A stretch of 44,805 nt of DNA from a virus. Location of the stretch: IMG/VR virus record IMGVR_UViG_3300045988_165656; one strand, given 5' to 3'. Under the pieces are notes generated by a model. The model did not search any database and had not been told where the DNA came from. It saw nothing but the letters and a program-made list of their open reading frames with translations. Made by a program: the position numbers and the translations under genes. Of this stretch, positions 9,183 to 18,145 are shown piece after piece. Position 1 is the first letter of the stretch, and every line of letters starts with the position of its first letter.

Positions 9183-9596
9183 TTAGTCAACCTTAACGTT
9201 CATCGTTGTCTGTCCAAACTTGACAGCAAACTTATTGGAATCTACTTCGTAAATACCAATCTTGTGGCCATCCTCACCCTGAATTTCAGACTTACCATCC
9301 CATGCAGTCAAGCTGCTCATATCATCACCATAATCAGGTGCTGTGATAGAGGAAGGTGAAGTCTTATATGCGTATGAGTTGCCACTTGTCAGTGCAGGCG
9401 TAACAGCAATCTTGGTATTACCTGCAGTAGTACCCTTAGTAGAAGTAACAGTCAGATTGCCAATCTCCTGGCCGCCTCCATAATGTGTTGTCATATAGTT
9501 CAGAACACCGACGATATTTGTCGCAGTGATCTTGTCGGCACTAGTCGCGCAGCCAATTGCAACCGCGAGATTTTTCAATGCTTCTACTTTGTTCAT
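9183..9596 (-). CDS. Putative head decoration / Ig-like domain protein
   Basis: 137 aa immediately after the major capsid gene. C-terminal domain shared with the 8649-9176 product. Confidence 0.45.
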   Translation of the reverse strand: MNKVEALKNLAVAIGCATSADKITATNIVGVLNYMTTHYGGGQEIGNLTVTSTKGTTAGNTKIAVTPALTSGNSYAYKTSPSSITAPDYGDDMSSLTAWDGKSEIQGEDGHKIGIYEVDSNKFAVKFGQTTMNVKVD

Positions 9597-9609
9597 GTTT
9601 GGTTACTCC

Positions 9610-10881
9610 TTATTTCTTCAAAATGAAGGCACCGTTGACATCAAGCATCTTACCGTCCATGATGCACAGACCCTTGTTGAAGTACTTGTTCTTGTCGTCA
9701 TCAAACCAACGTTTGAAACCGATCTGAAGCTGAGTATTTACAGCGTAGTCCATCGGTCTGAAGTACAGGCCCCAAGCATCACCAGACTGAGCACTGTCAT
9801 AATCGGCCAGCATATCGGGTTCAACCAGAATAACCTCTCGACCTGCGAAACGGCACTCAAGATTGCCAGTCGACGGGTTGTAAGTTTCCTGATACAGCGG
9901 ACGGTCATTTGCATCCTTCAGCGTCATGATATTGGATTCCCAAGTGCCTGCAGTCATAACGAATACGCCCTGACCACGATATGCCAGTGGAATCTTTGCA
10001 AACAGGTTCTTTCTGAACTTGGTCCAATCTGCCATATCAGCAGCGGCGAAAGTCAGCTTGTGATCTGCTGCAATTCGAGCATCATTCAGAATACCCAGCG
10101 GCTGACCAGAACCGGTGCCCTTCAGGATAACCCTGTCGAATTCCTTAGTGAATGCCTCTGCCAGCAGTCTAGCCATCTCAGTTTCGAGATAATTCAGCGA
10201 AACAACCTGAGACAGCAGAGACTGCGCCAGTCGAGCTTCGACGATGTGGTAACCGAAGGAAATAGACGTCTTAATGTTCGGAACTGCCTGTGTTTCGGAA
10301 ACAGTGGTTTCAGTGATCCAAGTAACAGTAGGAACGAGCTCCTCAATCGGGAATTCTACACCACCCTTGATGTTCAGCTTACGAACACGGTTGAACAGCT
10401 GACCGTACACCTTGATTTCCTTCAGGAACTCATTCATGATGGTGTTCGGGATAATCTTACCTACGTCAGAAGTGATAAGGGTTTCATCTGCCCGCTTTTC
10501 ATATTCCCACTTGCCAGTCTGAACATATCTCATGAACGCCTGCCGATATTCCATAGAGTCCAGCGCATTTCCGGTTCTCTGCTCTGTAGGCGGATTCTGA
10601 GAATAGCTTGCCATCGGGTTACCACCACGCTGCTGTGCATTTACAGGCGGTTCAGCAGAACGACCTTCATCTTTGCCGTCATCAGACTCACCTTCGTCCT
10701 CATCTTCGAGAGCATCCAGTTCATCCTGAACATCAGCGATATCATCATTGATATCTTCCAGCTGTTCGTTGATAGAGCGCACCTCGTTGACATCTGTAGA
10801 TGCCTGAGAGCGTTCTACAAGCTTTGCTTTCTTTGCCAGCAGTCTCTTCATTCTCTTTTCGAGTACTTTCTTTCTGTTCAT
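9610..10881 (-). CDS. Major capsid protein, HK97 fold, with N-terminal scaffolding (delta) domain
   Basis: 423 aa. Charged coiled-coil N-terminus followed by an HK97-family capsid body. Sits directly after the prohead protease. Confidence 0.9.
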   Translation of the reverse strand: MNRKKVLEKRMKRLLAKKAKLVERSQASTDVNEVRSINEQLEDINDDIADVQDELDALEDEDEGESDDGKDEGRSAEPPVNAQQRGGNPMASYSQNPPTEQRTGNALDSMEYRQAFMRYVQTGKWEYEKRADETLITSDVGKIIPNTIMNEFLKEIKVYGQLFNRVRKLNIKGGVEFPIEELVPTVTWITETTVSETQAVPNIKTSISFGYHIVEARLAQSLLSQVVSLNYLETEMARLLAEAFTKEFDRVILKGTGSGQPLGILNDARIAADHKLTFAAADMADWTKFRKNLFAKIPLAYRGQGVFVMTAGTWESNIMTLKDANDRPLYQETYNPSTGNLECRFAGREVILVEPDMLADYDSAQSGDAWGLYFRPMDYAVNTQLQIGFKRWFDDDKNKYFNKGLCIMDGKMLDVNGAFILKK

Positions 10882-10883
10882 GT

Positions 10884-11498
10884 TTACTTACCTCCAAGAA
10901 TTTGATTTTTGAGTTTAAATAGTTCCAACATTTCGTTTGGTTTTCTCGCACTATCCAGTACGCTTCGTGCATTGTCCAATGCAGTCCGATCTCTTGCCGA
11001 AATCTCTGTTGCTTCATATGCCGGAAATGTCACGGCAGAAACTTCCACAACAGAAGAAATCGACGTAATGTGACGAGTAGGATGATCGCTGTCCAGCGAT
11101 TCCCATTCCTCACCATCTATGCCAAACATGAATGACATTCCGGAAATGTCGCCACGTTTAACAGCAGAATATAATGCTCGTGCCTCAGCGTTATTTTCAA
11201 CATCCAAATTTACTCTGATTCCCATGCCGTCATCATCAGGCATGAGCTGCATTGTAGAATTCTTATTGTTGTTTCTGGAGCGGGCGAGCGGGATTTTATT
11301 TATGTCATGGTTTACCAAGAAACGCACATCTCTCAAATCAGTTTTATCGAGTGCGCCTCTTTCGATGACTTCGTCAAAATATCCCAAATTTGTCTTTGAC
11401 TCAAAGACAATTGGACGACCTGTGATAAATGTACCGTTGTCATCATTCTTGTCAGCCCTGATCTCGAATACATAATTTCGTCGAAGTAATTCATCCAT
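10884..11498 (-). CDS. HK97-family prohead serine protease
   Basis: 204 aa with family-typical segments FLVNHD, GDISGMSFMF and VSAVTFPAYEAT. Lies upstream of the capsid gene. Confidence 0.9.
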   Translation of the reverse strand: MDELLRRNYVFEIRADKNDDNGTFITGRPIVFESKTNLGYFDEVIERGALDKTDLRDVRFLVNHDINKIPLARSRNNNKNSTMQLMPDDDGMGIRVNLDVENNAEARALYSAVKRGDISGMSFMFGIDGEEWESLDSDHPTRHITSISSVVEVSAVTFPAYEATEISARDRTALDNARSVLDSARKPNEMLELFKLKNQILGGK

Positions 11499-11512
11499 TT
11501 ATCTCACCTCAC

Positions 11513-12004
11513 TTAACCGGTGTAGTTATAAGTAATAACTGTTCCGCCTGTGACATCCTCGCCCATTGTCTTATTCCAGCTATCAGCTTTTATAATTGCA
11601 TTCCATTGTTCTTCTGTACCTCTAAAGTAGATATTAGCCAAGCTTCTGCAATATTGAAACGCAAAATTTCCGATGGCTCTAACACTCTTTGGAATCGTAA
11701 TAGCTGCTAAATTGCCGCAATCTTGAAACGCATAATCGTCGACTATTGTGACACCTTCTGGAATAGACACTTTTGTCACTTCGTTCGATACCGTGTCAGC
11801 AGGCCAAATGACTTCTTGCGTCGTCGGTTTTTCTGCAACAGACGTGATTTCGTCAATCACGTCCGAAACAGTGATACCTTTCGATTCTTTTCCACTCAAC
11901 GCCGCATAAATGTTTTTCAGTGCTCCGACTTTGTTATATGCGTCGGAAACTTTTCCCAATTTTGCAGACAGAGCATTTAACGATTTTACATTTGACTTAC
12001 TCAT
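11513..12004 (-). CDS. BspA-type leucine-rich-repeat protein (moron between portal and protease)
   Basis: C-terminal half IPEGVTIVDDYAFQDCGNLAAITIPKSVRAIGNFAFQYCRSLANIYF matches the BspA-like LRR pattern. ATG at 12004 follows SD aaggtg. Confidence 0.7.
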   Translation of the reverse strand: MSKSNVKSLNALSAKLGKVSDAYNKVGALKNIYAALSGKESKGITVSDVIDEITSVAEKPTTQEVIWPADTVSNEVTKVSIPEGVTIVDDYAFQDCGNLAAITIPKSVRAIGNFAFQYCRSLANIYFRGTEEQWNAIIKADSWNKTMGEDVTGGTVITYNYTG

Positions 12005-13262
12005 TATTTTCACCTTCATCTTGTTTTTCATCGTCATCATCATTCTGGTCGTCTCCAGAACCTCCAGTTTGGTACTGTTTTGCGTATTCTACATTTACGT
12101 AGTTCAGAGACTGCATTCGTACACCTTCTAACTCAGGCAACGGTCTCAAACCAAAAGCAACACGCTTTTCATTTTCGTAAATGGAACCACTGTCACCAAG
12201 TAATCTCACCATCTCCAACGTCTGGTCTACACTCATGAAAATAAGGTCTTTAGGATAAAACTGAATCTTATTTCCAAATGACCGCTCTCTCGGAGTAAAC
12301 AGAGATCGCGTGAATCCTTGTGACATTGCAATGATTAGAGGCTCTAGCGTTTTCTGATAGAAAGCTTCGTATTGTTCTTTGGTATAATCACCCGTCAGAA
12401 TACAAAGCGGAACACCGAAATGACGAAGGATTTTCTCATCAATAAATTTCAGAGTTGCTTCATCGACTAACTGAACATCTCTCGTAATTGGAATAAATTC
12501 ACTCGTAATATCGAGTGGCAAGAATCCACTTTCTGAATTCTGCAGTTTCTGTTCCAATTCTTTCAATGCTGCTTCAGTTTTGCCTCCATCAATCATTGAC
12601 TTAAACTTGACAACACCGTTGATTGCGCAGCTTGACATCATTGCCTTTGACAAATTGTGCAAAAGCAAATAGTTCAAATTCAGCGTTTTTAGAAGTGCCT
12701 CGTTATCAGGTTGACCTTGCTCATTGCCGCCCATATACTCATTGACTGAATATTTGTAGCGGATATGAATGACATCTGAATATGCTAACGTGGTTTCAAA
12801 ATTATTTGCAAAAGTAAATTTCACATAGAGCGTGTCAGAGGCATCCTGGATGAAATCTACCTGCGTAGGCTGTATTGGATATAGGCCTGTGTATTTTCTC
12901 TTCTCAGTGCCATCCTTGTCTGTCCAAACGTAATATGTTGGAATGATAAACGAGTTGTAGTTGAAGAAGAGCTGCCAAACAATTTTCTCAATGAATTCTG
13001 ACGTTGTCATAATTTCATTTGGTGCATTCAAAACAGTTTGGATGTCGCTGTTCACAGGACTTACATCGCAACCAGATGCTCTGACATGTTGAGGTGTCAG
13101 CTTTTTCATTTCACTTACGATGCAATTTATCGCCTGTTGGACAACGTCACTGGCATAAATATCATCACCAAACTGAGAAAATATCGGAGTAAACCCATTT
13201 AGCATATCCGCATACTCGGTTTTAACTTTAGGCTTTCGCCTCAATTTATCTAACCATCCCAA
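11997..13262 (-). CDS. Portal protein (HK97 family)
   Basis: 421 aa with a portal-typical N-terminus and an acidic C-terminal tail. Lies between the terminase and the protease. Confidence 0.9.
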   Translation of the reverse strand: MGWLDKLRRKPKVKTEYADMLNGFTPIFSQFGDDIYASDVVQQAINCIVSEMKKLTPQHVRASGCDVSPVNSDIQTVLNAPNEIMTTSEFIEKIVWQLFFNYNSFIIPTYYVWTDKDGTEKRKYTGLYPIQPTQVDFIQDASDTLYVKFTFANNFETTLAYSDVIHIRYKYSVNEYMGGNEQGQPDNEALLKTLNLNYLLLHNLSKAMMSSCAINGVVKFKSMIDGGKTEAALKELEQKLQNSESGFLPLDITSEFIPITRDVQLVDEATLKFIDEKILRHFGVPLCILTGDYTKEQYEAFYQKTLEPLIIAMSQGFTRSLFTPRERSFGNKIQFYPKDLIFMSVDQTLEMVRLLGDSGSIYENEKRVAFGLRPLPELEGVRMQSLNYVNVEYAKQYQTGGSGDDQNDDDDEKQDEGENNE

Positions 13263-13295
13263 TCAATTCACCGCCTTTCATTCCAAATACATCGT

Positions 13296-13829
13296 TTAGA
13301 CGAGCATTACGTAGCCTTCAAATGCCTCATCAGAGGTAATCACGACGTTTGTACCAACTACCTGAACATCAACGAGGGCGATACCATAATTTGAGCCGCT
13401 CTTTCTCATTACAACAGCAGGAACCTGACCATTTGCAGCAGTGGTAAATGTGTCACTAGTCCAATTGTTAGTAGTGAAAGTTACCTTTGTAGGTGCTTTC
13501 AGACCGTTCAGCTTTGTTTTGAGTGCAGTCGTAAAGTCCTCAGTAGACAGGCCCTTACCTGTTTCCTTGTCGACCTTATTCGTGAATGCTGAATCAGTAC
13601 TCTTCACAAAGTTGCTGTCATTCGTGAGCTGACTCGTCTTTGTGGGTACAGCAGGGATTGCAGCAGAAGTGATGAAGCCAGAATCATTTGTCAGATCGCT
13701 CGTCTTCGTAGGTACGTCAGGAATAGCGGTTTTCTTCGCATAGTCATTCTGAATCTCAGTGAAATTGTCATTGATCTTACCAATTTCCTCTGCAATGAAA
13801 CCACCGTTTTTGATTGTCTGCATAGCCAT
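13296..13829 (-). CDS. Fibre-like repeat protein
   Basis: Tandem repeat IPDVPTKTSDLTNDSGFIT / IPAVPTKTSQLTNDSNFV, plus VDKETGKGLSTEDFT. Both motifs are common in phage fibre proteins. Confidence 0.5.
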   Translation of the reverse strand: MAMQTIKNGGFIAEEIGKINDNFTEIQNDYAKKTAIPDVPTKTSDLTNDSGFITSAAIPAVPTKTSQLTNDSNFVKSTDSAFTNKVDKETGKGLSTEDFTTALKTKLNGLKAPTKVTFTTNNWTSDTFTTAANGQVPAVVMRKSGSNYGIALVDVQVVGTNVVITSDEAFEGYVMLV

Positions 13830-13844
13830 AATAATTTCCTCCTG

Positions 13845-14315
13845 TTAGTTTAACTTGATGCCAATAATCTTTGTTATTGGTCTATCGCTGAATGATGGCA
13901 GGTAGCGCCCAGATGCGTTTGTTTTGATGCCAGCATAAACATTATTGCTGAACTTCAATTGCGTCTTAGAGCTGACCCGAGCGTTACACATGTACAAATT
14001 GCATCCTTCCATAGTTGAGAAATCTGATTCACAGTTCATCACCTTAAACACGGTTCCAACTGCAATTGAATCGATTCGCTGCCAACATGATGCACCTTCT
14101 CGCTGAATCATGATTCCATCAAACTTTGTGATGTCATCTGTCAATGTTATCGACACTGTGCTTCCAGAATCTTTTGAAGGAATAGTTTTGGAACCTTCAA
14201 AAAGAACTTTATAGCTGATTGGTTTATATGTCAGCTTGGCACTCAATTCAGAGAAATTAGAATTGATTCCCGAAATAAAATTCTTCAAGGTGGTTCCCAT
14301 TTTGAAAACTGTCAT
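13845..14315 (-). CDS. Hypothetical protein (N-terminus related to that of the 13296-13829 product)
   Basis: 156-aa ORF tightly abutting its neighbours. Shares the INxNFxE N-terminal motif. Confidence 0.4.
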   Translation of the reverse strand: MTVFKMGTTLKNFISGINSNFSELSAKLTYKPISYKVLFEGSKTIPSKDSGSTVSITLTDDITKFDGIMIQREGASCWQRIDSIAVGTVFKVMNCESDFSTMEGCNLYMCNARVSSKTQLKFSNNVYAGIKTNASGRYLPSFSDRPITKIIGIKLN

Positions 14316-14570
14316 TTACTCGCCCTCCAAATAAATTTTGCAAACACACGGATCATCGACAAAAAATTCAAAATCACCGTTTTCAAGAATCCTGTACACA
14401 GCAATCATGCTTTCCCAATTTACCTCATCATCCATTCGCCGAAGCGCTTTTTCAACGTGGTAATTTGTTCCCAAACAATGAGATGTAGCATAAATAGTTG
14501 CCTTATACAGTCCATCAGGCTGAGGCAAGAAGCTATTTGTTGATAGTGTTTTTGGATATACACTCGCCAT
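14316..14570 (-). CDS. Hypothetical protein
   Basis: 84-aa ORF starting 2 nt after the TerL stop. No recognisable motif. Confidence 0.4.
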   Translation of the reverse strand: MASVYPKTLSTNSFLPQPDGLYKATIYATSHCLGTNYHVEKALRRMDDEVNWESMIAVYRILENGDFEFFVDDPCVCKIYLEGE

Positions 14571-14572
14571 GA

Positions 14573-16276
14573 TTAGCCTTCAATAATCTGCTTGTACTCG
14601 GTTCTATATCTTCTGTACATTTCGTACAAAATAACAAATGTGACTGCTCCATCAATTCGCTTTGCAATCTCACTCTTAATGCACATGCATTGTCCAAGGT
14701 CATTTACTTTGATTGATGCATTTTTCAAACACCATTTATCTACTTCGTTATTATCGTAGTTTATGAGCTGATGTTTGAAATCCGCTTCACACAGTTTCAT
14801 AGCATTCGACAACGTTTGTGCATTCTGCATTATCAGAACCAAATCGTCGTTTTCTTTCATCCAACCGTATTCACCCATTCGAGTTATCCAGTCTTTCGAG
14901 AATCGTTGGTCGTAGCCGCATTTCCATAACTTAATGTCATATTCGACGTACAATTTGTAGAACCAATCAGCTACTATTGCCAAATCAATGTCGTTTCCTT
15001 CAGTGATTGTGACGAGTCCTTTCTTCGCCCATTCAAGATATTTTGCACCTGCATTTCCATCATCAGATTCTTCTAACTTTGATTCTGGAATAAAATACAT
15101 TGTGTGCACATATTTAACTGGGTCATTAGGTTTCATCATGAGGATTTTTGCACATGTCAAGTCAGTGGTTTCTGAAAGGTCAACCGCTCCCAAGCACACG
15201 CTTCCTCTGAAATCTTCCAAATTATGAACTGTGCCATAATTGTAGTCTTCGAGATTCAACCATGATTCAGCCGAATTCTGTTTGATGTTGAAGTCTTTGG
15301 AAAGTACGAACATTCTATCTGCTTTTGACTTTCTAGCCAAATCAATTTGTTCATCCAAATAGTCCCATTTTTTCACGATTCCTAGAGTTGGATTTGACTT
15401 CACCCAAGTTTTTCGGTCTTGCCAAATTTCTTGCTCTGAATCTTGTGTATAGAACCACGGAAGCAATCTCTCAGCAGAAGGACCATCGTCCTCTTTCCAA
15501 ATGACTGCTCTTGCTTTTCTCAATTCATCATCCAAATATCCGTCTACGACGAACCCTTCGGTGGTGATATTGATAAATTTAGGATTGTCTTTCAGTGACT
15601 GTGACTGCTCAATCGACTTGCCGATAATGTTTTCTTGCATCTCGTGAGTTTCGTCAATAATAGCAAAGTCAATGTTTCGACCTTCCTTATTTTTTGTACG
15701 ATCTGACAGCTTGAAGATTTTTGACCCATTCACTTTGTTGGAAATGAATCGCTGATTGCGCTTCGTGTCCAATTGGTCAGGGTCGATCAATAATCTCATC
15801 GTGTCAATCGCATCGTATGTAATGCTCGCCTGATTGTCATCATTGGAGCTGCAAACGATATCTGCACCTTCATTTCCGACAATCAATTCACTAAGGCCGA
15901 GAGCTGAGCAAGTTTCAGATTTTGTGTTCTTACGTGCGATCAACAGAATAACTTTTTTGAATCTGTCGAACGACGTTTCACTCATCTTGAAACTATACAC
16001 AGCTTCGATGAATGCCTTCTGCCACAGCATCAATTTCATTGGTTTATTGTAATACGGTGACTTTGTCAGTCGTACACAATTCTCCATGAAATCCATTCGC
16101 AACATTGCATCATCAGTATTGTAGTAGTAGGCATCGTTTAGGAAATCTTCTTTAAGATTTTGTAACTCCTGCCAAAGCTCTTGGCCTACCAATATTTCAC
16201 CGCATTCGATTCGCGCGTGGTATTCCAACAAGAAGCTGTTGTCAGGTGTCCAAATTTTCTTTTCCCTAATCAACAT
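14573..16276 (-). CDS. terL: Terminase large subunit (Terminase_1 type)
   Basis: 567 aa. Walker-A-like LIARKNTKSE, then IDETHE (Walker B), and a C-terminal nuclease region. Preceded by a P27-type TerS. Confidence 0.9.
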   Translation of the reverse strand: MLIREKKIWTPDNSFLLEYHARIECGEILVGQELWQELQNLKEDFLNDAYYYNTDDAMLRMDFMENCVRLTKSPYYNKPMKLMLWQKAFIEAVYSFKMSETSFDRFKKVILLIARKNTKSETCSALGLSELIVGNEGADIVCSSNDDNQASITYDAIDTMRLLIDPDQLDTKRNQRFISNKVNGSKIFKLSDRTKNKEGRNIDFAIIDETHEMQENIIGKSIEQSQSLKDNPKFINITTEGFVVDGYLDDELRKARAVIWKEDDGPSAERLLPWFYTQDSEQEIWQDRKTWVKSNPTLGIVKKWDYLDEQIDLARKSKADRMFVLSKDFNIKQNSAESWLNLEDYNYGTVHNLEDFRGSVCLGAVDLSETTDLTCAKILMMKPNDPVKYVHTMYFIPESKLEESDDGNAGAKYLEWAKKGLVTITEGNDIDLAIVADWFYKLYVEYDIKLWKCGYDQRFSKDWITRMGEYGWMKENDDLVLIMQNAQTLSNAMKLCEADFKHQLINYDNNEVDKWCLKNASIKVNDLGQCMCIKSEIAKRIDGAVTFVILYEMYRRYRTEYKQIIEG

Positions 16277-16568
16277 GCCTTGATTTCACCCACTTTCTTA
16301 GAGGTGAATCTTCTCCATCAGATTCATCTTCTACGCTGTGAGAAATTACCTTGATGATGTTCGTATACTGCTGCAAAAATTCTTTGTAGAGCTTTGCAGC
16401 AGGCGTTGCTTTTTGTATTTCTGGATTGTCTGGATGCACCTTTATCATGGGCAATTTTTCGAGATTTTCCAATTGGTTTTCCAAAAAGAGCATTTTGTCA
16501 ATGAGTGGTTCAATTGTACTAGAGTTTGAATTATTTACTAATTTTAACAATTCTTCTTTTCTGGTCAA
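16266..16568 (-). CDS. terS: Terminase small subunit, P27 family
   Basis: 100 aa overlapping the TerL start. Family-like segment PAAKLYKEFLQQYTNIIK. Ends in TAG. Confidence 0.75.
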   Translation of the reverse strand: MTRKEELLKLVNNSNSSTIEPLIDKMLFLENQLENLEKLPMIKVHPDNPEIQKATPAAKLYKEFLQQYTNIIKVISHSVEDESDGEDSPLRKWVKSRHVD

Positions 16569-16669
16569 TCTTTTTCACCCTCTTTCTAAAAACTCAAATT
16601 CGGAAATCTCGTTTTTTTGCTTTTCATGAAACTTATTGGATCTTCAACAGTTCTTTTTGAACCAAGAAA

Positions 16670-17371
16670 TTATGAAGATGGGGGGCCCTGTTTTTTCGGT
16701 GAAAATTTTTCCCACCAATCTTCGATGAAACCAGTCCATTCACCAACATCTCTACCGTCATTGCATTCATGCAATCTTCGAATACATTCATCCTTCGGCG
16801 TGTCAATGTATATCTCTCTCGCATCAAGACTCTTACGCAGTCGTTCTCTCTCAGATATAAGAGGATAACCACCAATAATCCATGCATTCAGCCATTTGCC
16901 TTGCCTCATACGTACCATATCTATCATATAATTACGTATACTAAATACACAGGATTGTAGTCTATTAGGCTTGACATATCTATCACAACCGCTAACACTC
17001 TGCCATATACTATCTATATCTACTATATAATCGCCTTCATTCATGTTGTCTCTAACGAATGTAGTCTTACCAGATAATGGACTACCATATACTAGATATA
17101 CCTGTCTATGGGAATAGCTCAGCTTATTGTGTATCTTGTTATGACAACGATGATGCACAAGCATGATGTTGTCTGGATTGAGTGATATAGTAGCATCCAA
17201 ATAATTGGCCTCTGTCAGCTCTATTTTGTGATGACATATACAATCATACTTAGCTACAATCGGCTTACCACAATACTCACATATGAGAAGTCCCTCAGGA
17301 TTGGTCCTTTCAAGACGAATAATTTTTGTGAGTTCAACCCAGTCTTTCGACTGATAGAATCCATTTAACAT
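16670..17371 (-). CDS. HNH endonuclease fused to a P-loop NTPase/kinase-like domain
   Basis: N-terminal Cys pairs (CEYCGKP, CICHHK) with HHRCHNKIH form the HNH. The C-terminal part has Walker A YGSPLSGKTT. Confidence 0.8.
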   Translation of the reverse strand: MLNGFYQSKDWVELTKIIRLERTNPEGLLICEYCGKPIVAKYDCICHHKIELTEANYLDATISLNPDNIMLVHHRCHNKIHNKLSYSHRQVYLVYGSPLSGKTTFVRDNMNEGDYIVDIDSIWQSVSGCDRYVKPNRLQSCVFSIRNYMIDMVRMRQGKWLNAWIIGGYPLISERERLRKSLDAREIYIDTPKDECIRRLHECNDGRDVGEWTGFIEDWWEKFSPKKQGPPSS

Positions 17372-17775
17372 CCTGATACCTGCACATAAAATGTACTATC
17401 AAAATAGTACACTTCCAAAAATACGCGAGTATAATTTGTGATATCTGGACTATTTAGAAACTTTACTGTGCCAGATTCTGCGGTGATAAATTCGCTTAGT
17501 TTTGAGCCAATTCCCATGTCCTTGTCAAATATAAAATAAACATGCGTCATGTCATTGTAAAAACCGCCAAGCATAACACCTTTTGTTTTTGTAAGACCTA
17601 CGTTCAAGTATTTTATAGCCAAATAAGCTTGGTCATAGTGAAGTGGCAAGATGCCATTTTTATCAGCATTTGTGCCAAACTCTTTCACTAGTCTTTGATT
17701 ATAAATTTGCTCTTTTGACATAGCTTCAACCTTGCATTTATTTTCACAAATCGCATAGCATATATCATGTGCCAT
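17365..17775 (-). CDS. Hypothetical protein
   Basis: ORF trimmed to the ATG at 17775, just after the upstream stop at 17780. No recognisable motif. Confidence 0.4.
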   Translation of the reverse strand: MAHDICYAICENKCKVEAMSKEQIYNQRLVKEFGTNADKNGILPLHYDQAYLAIKYLNVGLTKTKGVMLGGFYNDMTHVYFIFDKDMGIGSKLSEFITAESGTVKFLNSPDITNYTRVFLEVYYFDSTFYVQVSGC

Positions 17776-17779
17776 ATTT

Positions 17780-18145
17780 TCACCAACTTTCTGTATTGAA
17801 CATGCCTTTTGCTTTTGCCAAAAGCTCAGAGGCTCGAATGCGATTTCGCATCGGTTCTTCTTCATCATTCATGATTTTTGTCCAAAATCCTTGTATCTCA
17901 GCAATCGATGCGATGTTATGTTTTACACACTCAGCAACCTTTTGGGTGTAATTTTGTGCAACCTCAGCGTTAAGTTGTGTAATATATTCCTGTACATCGC
18001 GCCTTTTGAGTAATTTTGCTGCACTTGTTCTCGCTGAAGCAGGTTTATATCCAGCTTTGATTGCTGCTTGTGCTTTATCGCCTTTGCATTCTCCAATGAG
18101 GTATTGACAAAATAAAATTTGCTTTTGATTCAGCATTTGTCTCAC
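17780..18145 (-). CDS. Terminase_2-type small-subunit-like DNA-binding protein
   Basis: LNQKQILFCQYLIGECKGDKAQAAIKAGYKPASARTSAAKLLKRRDVQEYI matches the N-terminal HTH signature of Terminase_2-family TerS proteins. Confidence 0.7.
   Translation of the reverse strand: MRQMLNQKQILFCQYLIGECKGDKAQAAIKAGYKPASARTSAAKLLKRRDVQEYITQLNAEVAQNYTQKVAECVKHNIASIAEIQGFWTKIMNDEEEPMRNRIRASELLAKAKGMFNTESW

Noticed and set aside
9526-10905. 459-aa plus-strand ORF, the longest plus-strand ORF in the window
   Set aside because: It lies entirely antisense to the well-supported major capsid gene. It has Leu/Ser/Cys/Arg-rich shadow-frame composition, no SD and no recognisable motif. The same applies to the other long antisense ORFs, for example 5389-5988, 6876-7427, 18310-18894, 22187-22762, 25464-26039, 29467-29988, 34215-35096 and 38873-39367.
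16266-16268. Genome-wide TAG (amber) recoding as the explanation for the in-frame TAG at 19786
   Set aside because: TAG appears to work as an ordinary stop for the P27 TerS (16266-16268) and the ACP (26717-26719). Both end at natural overlap junctions with the next gene and at family-typical lengths. I also saw no suppressor tRNA. A local nonsense mutation or leaky stop is more economical.
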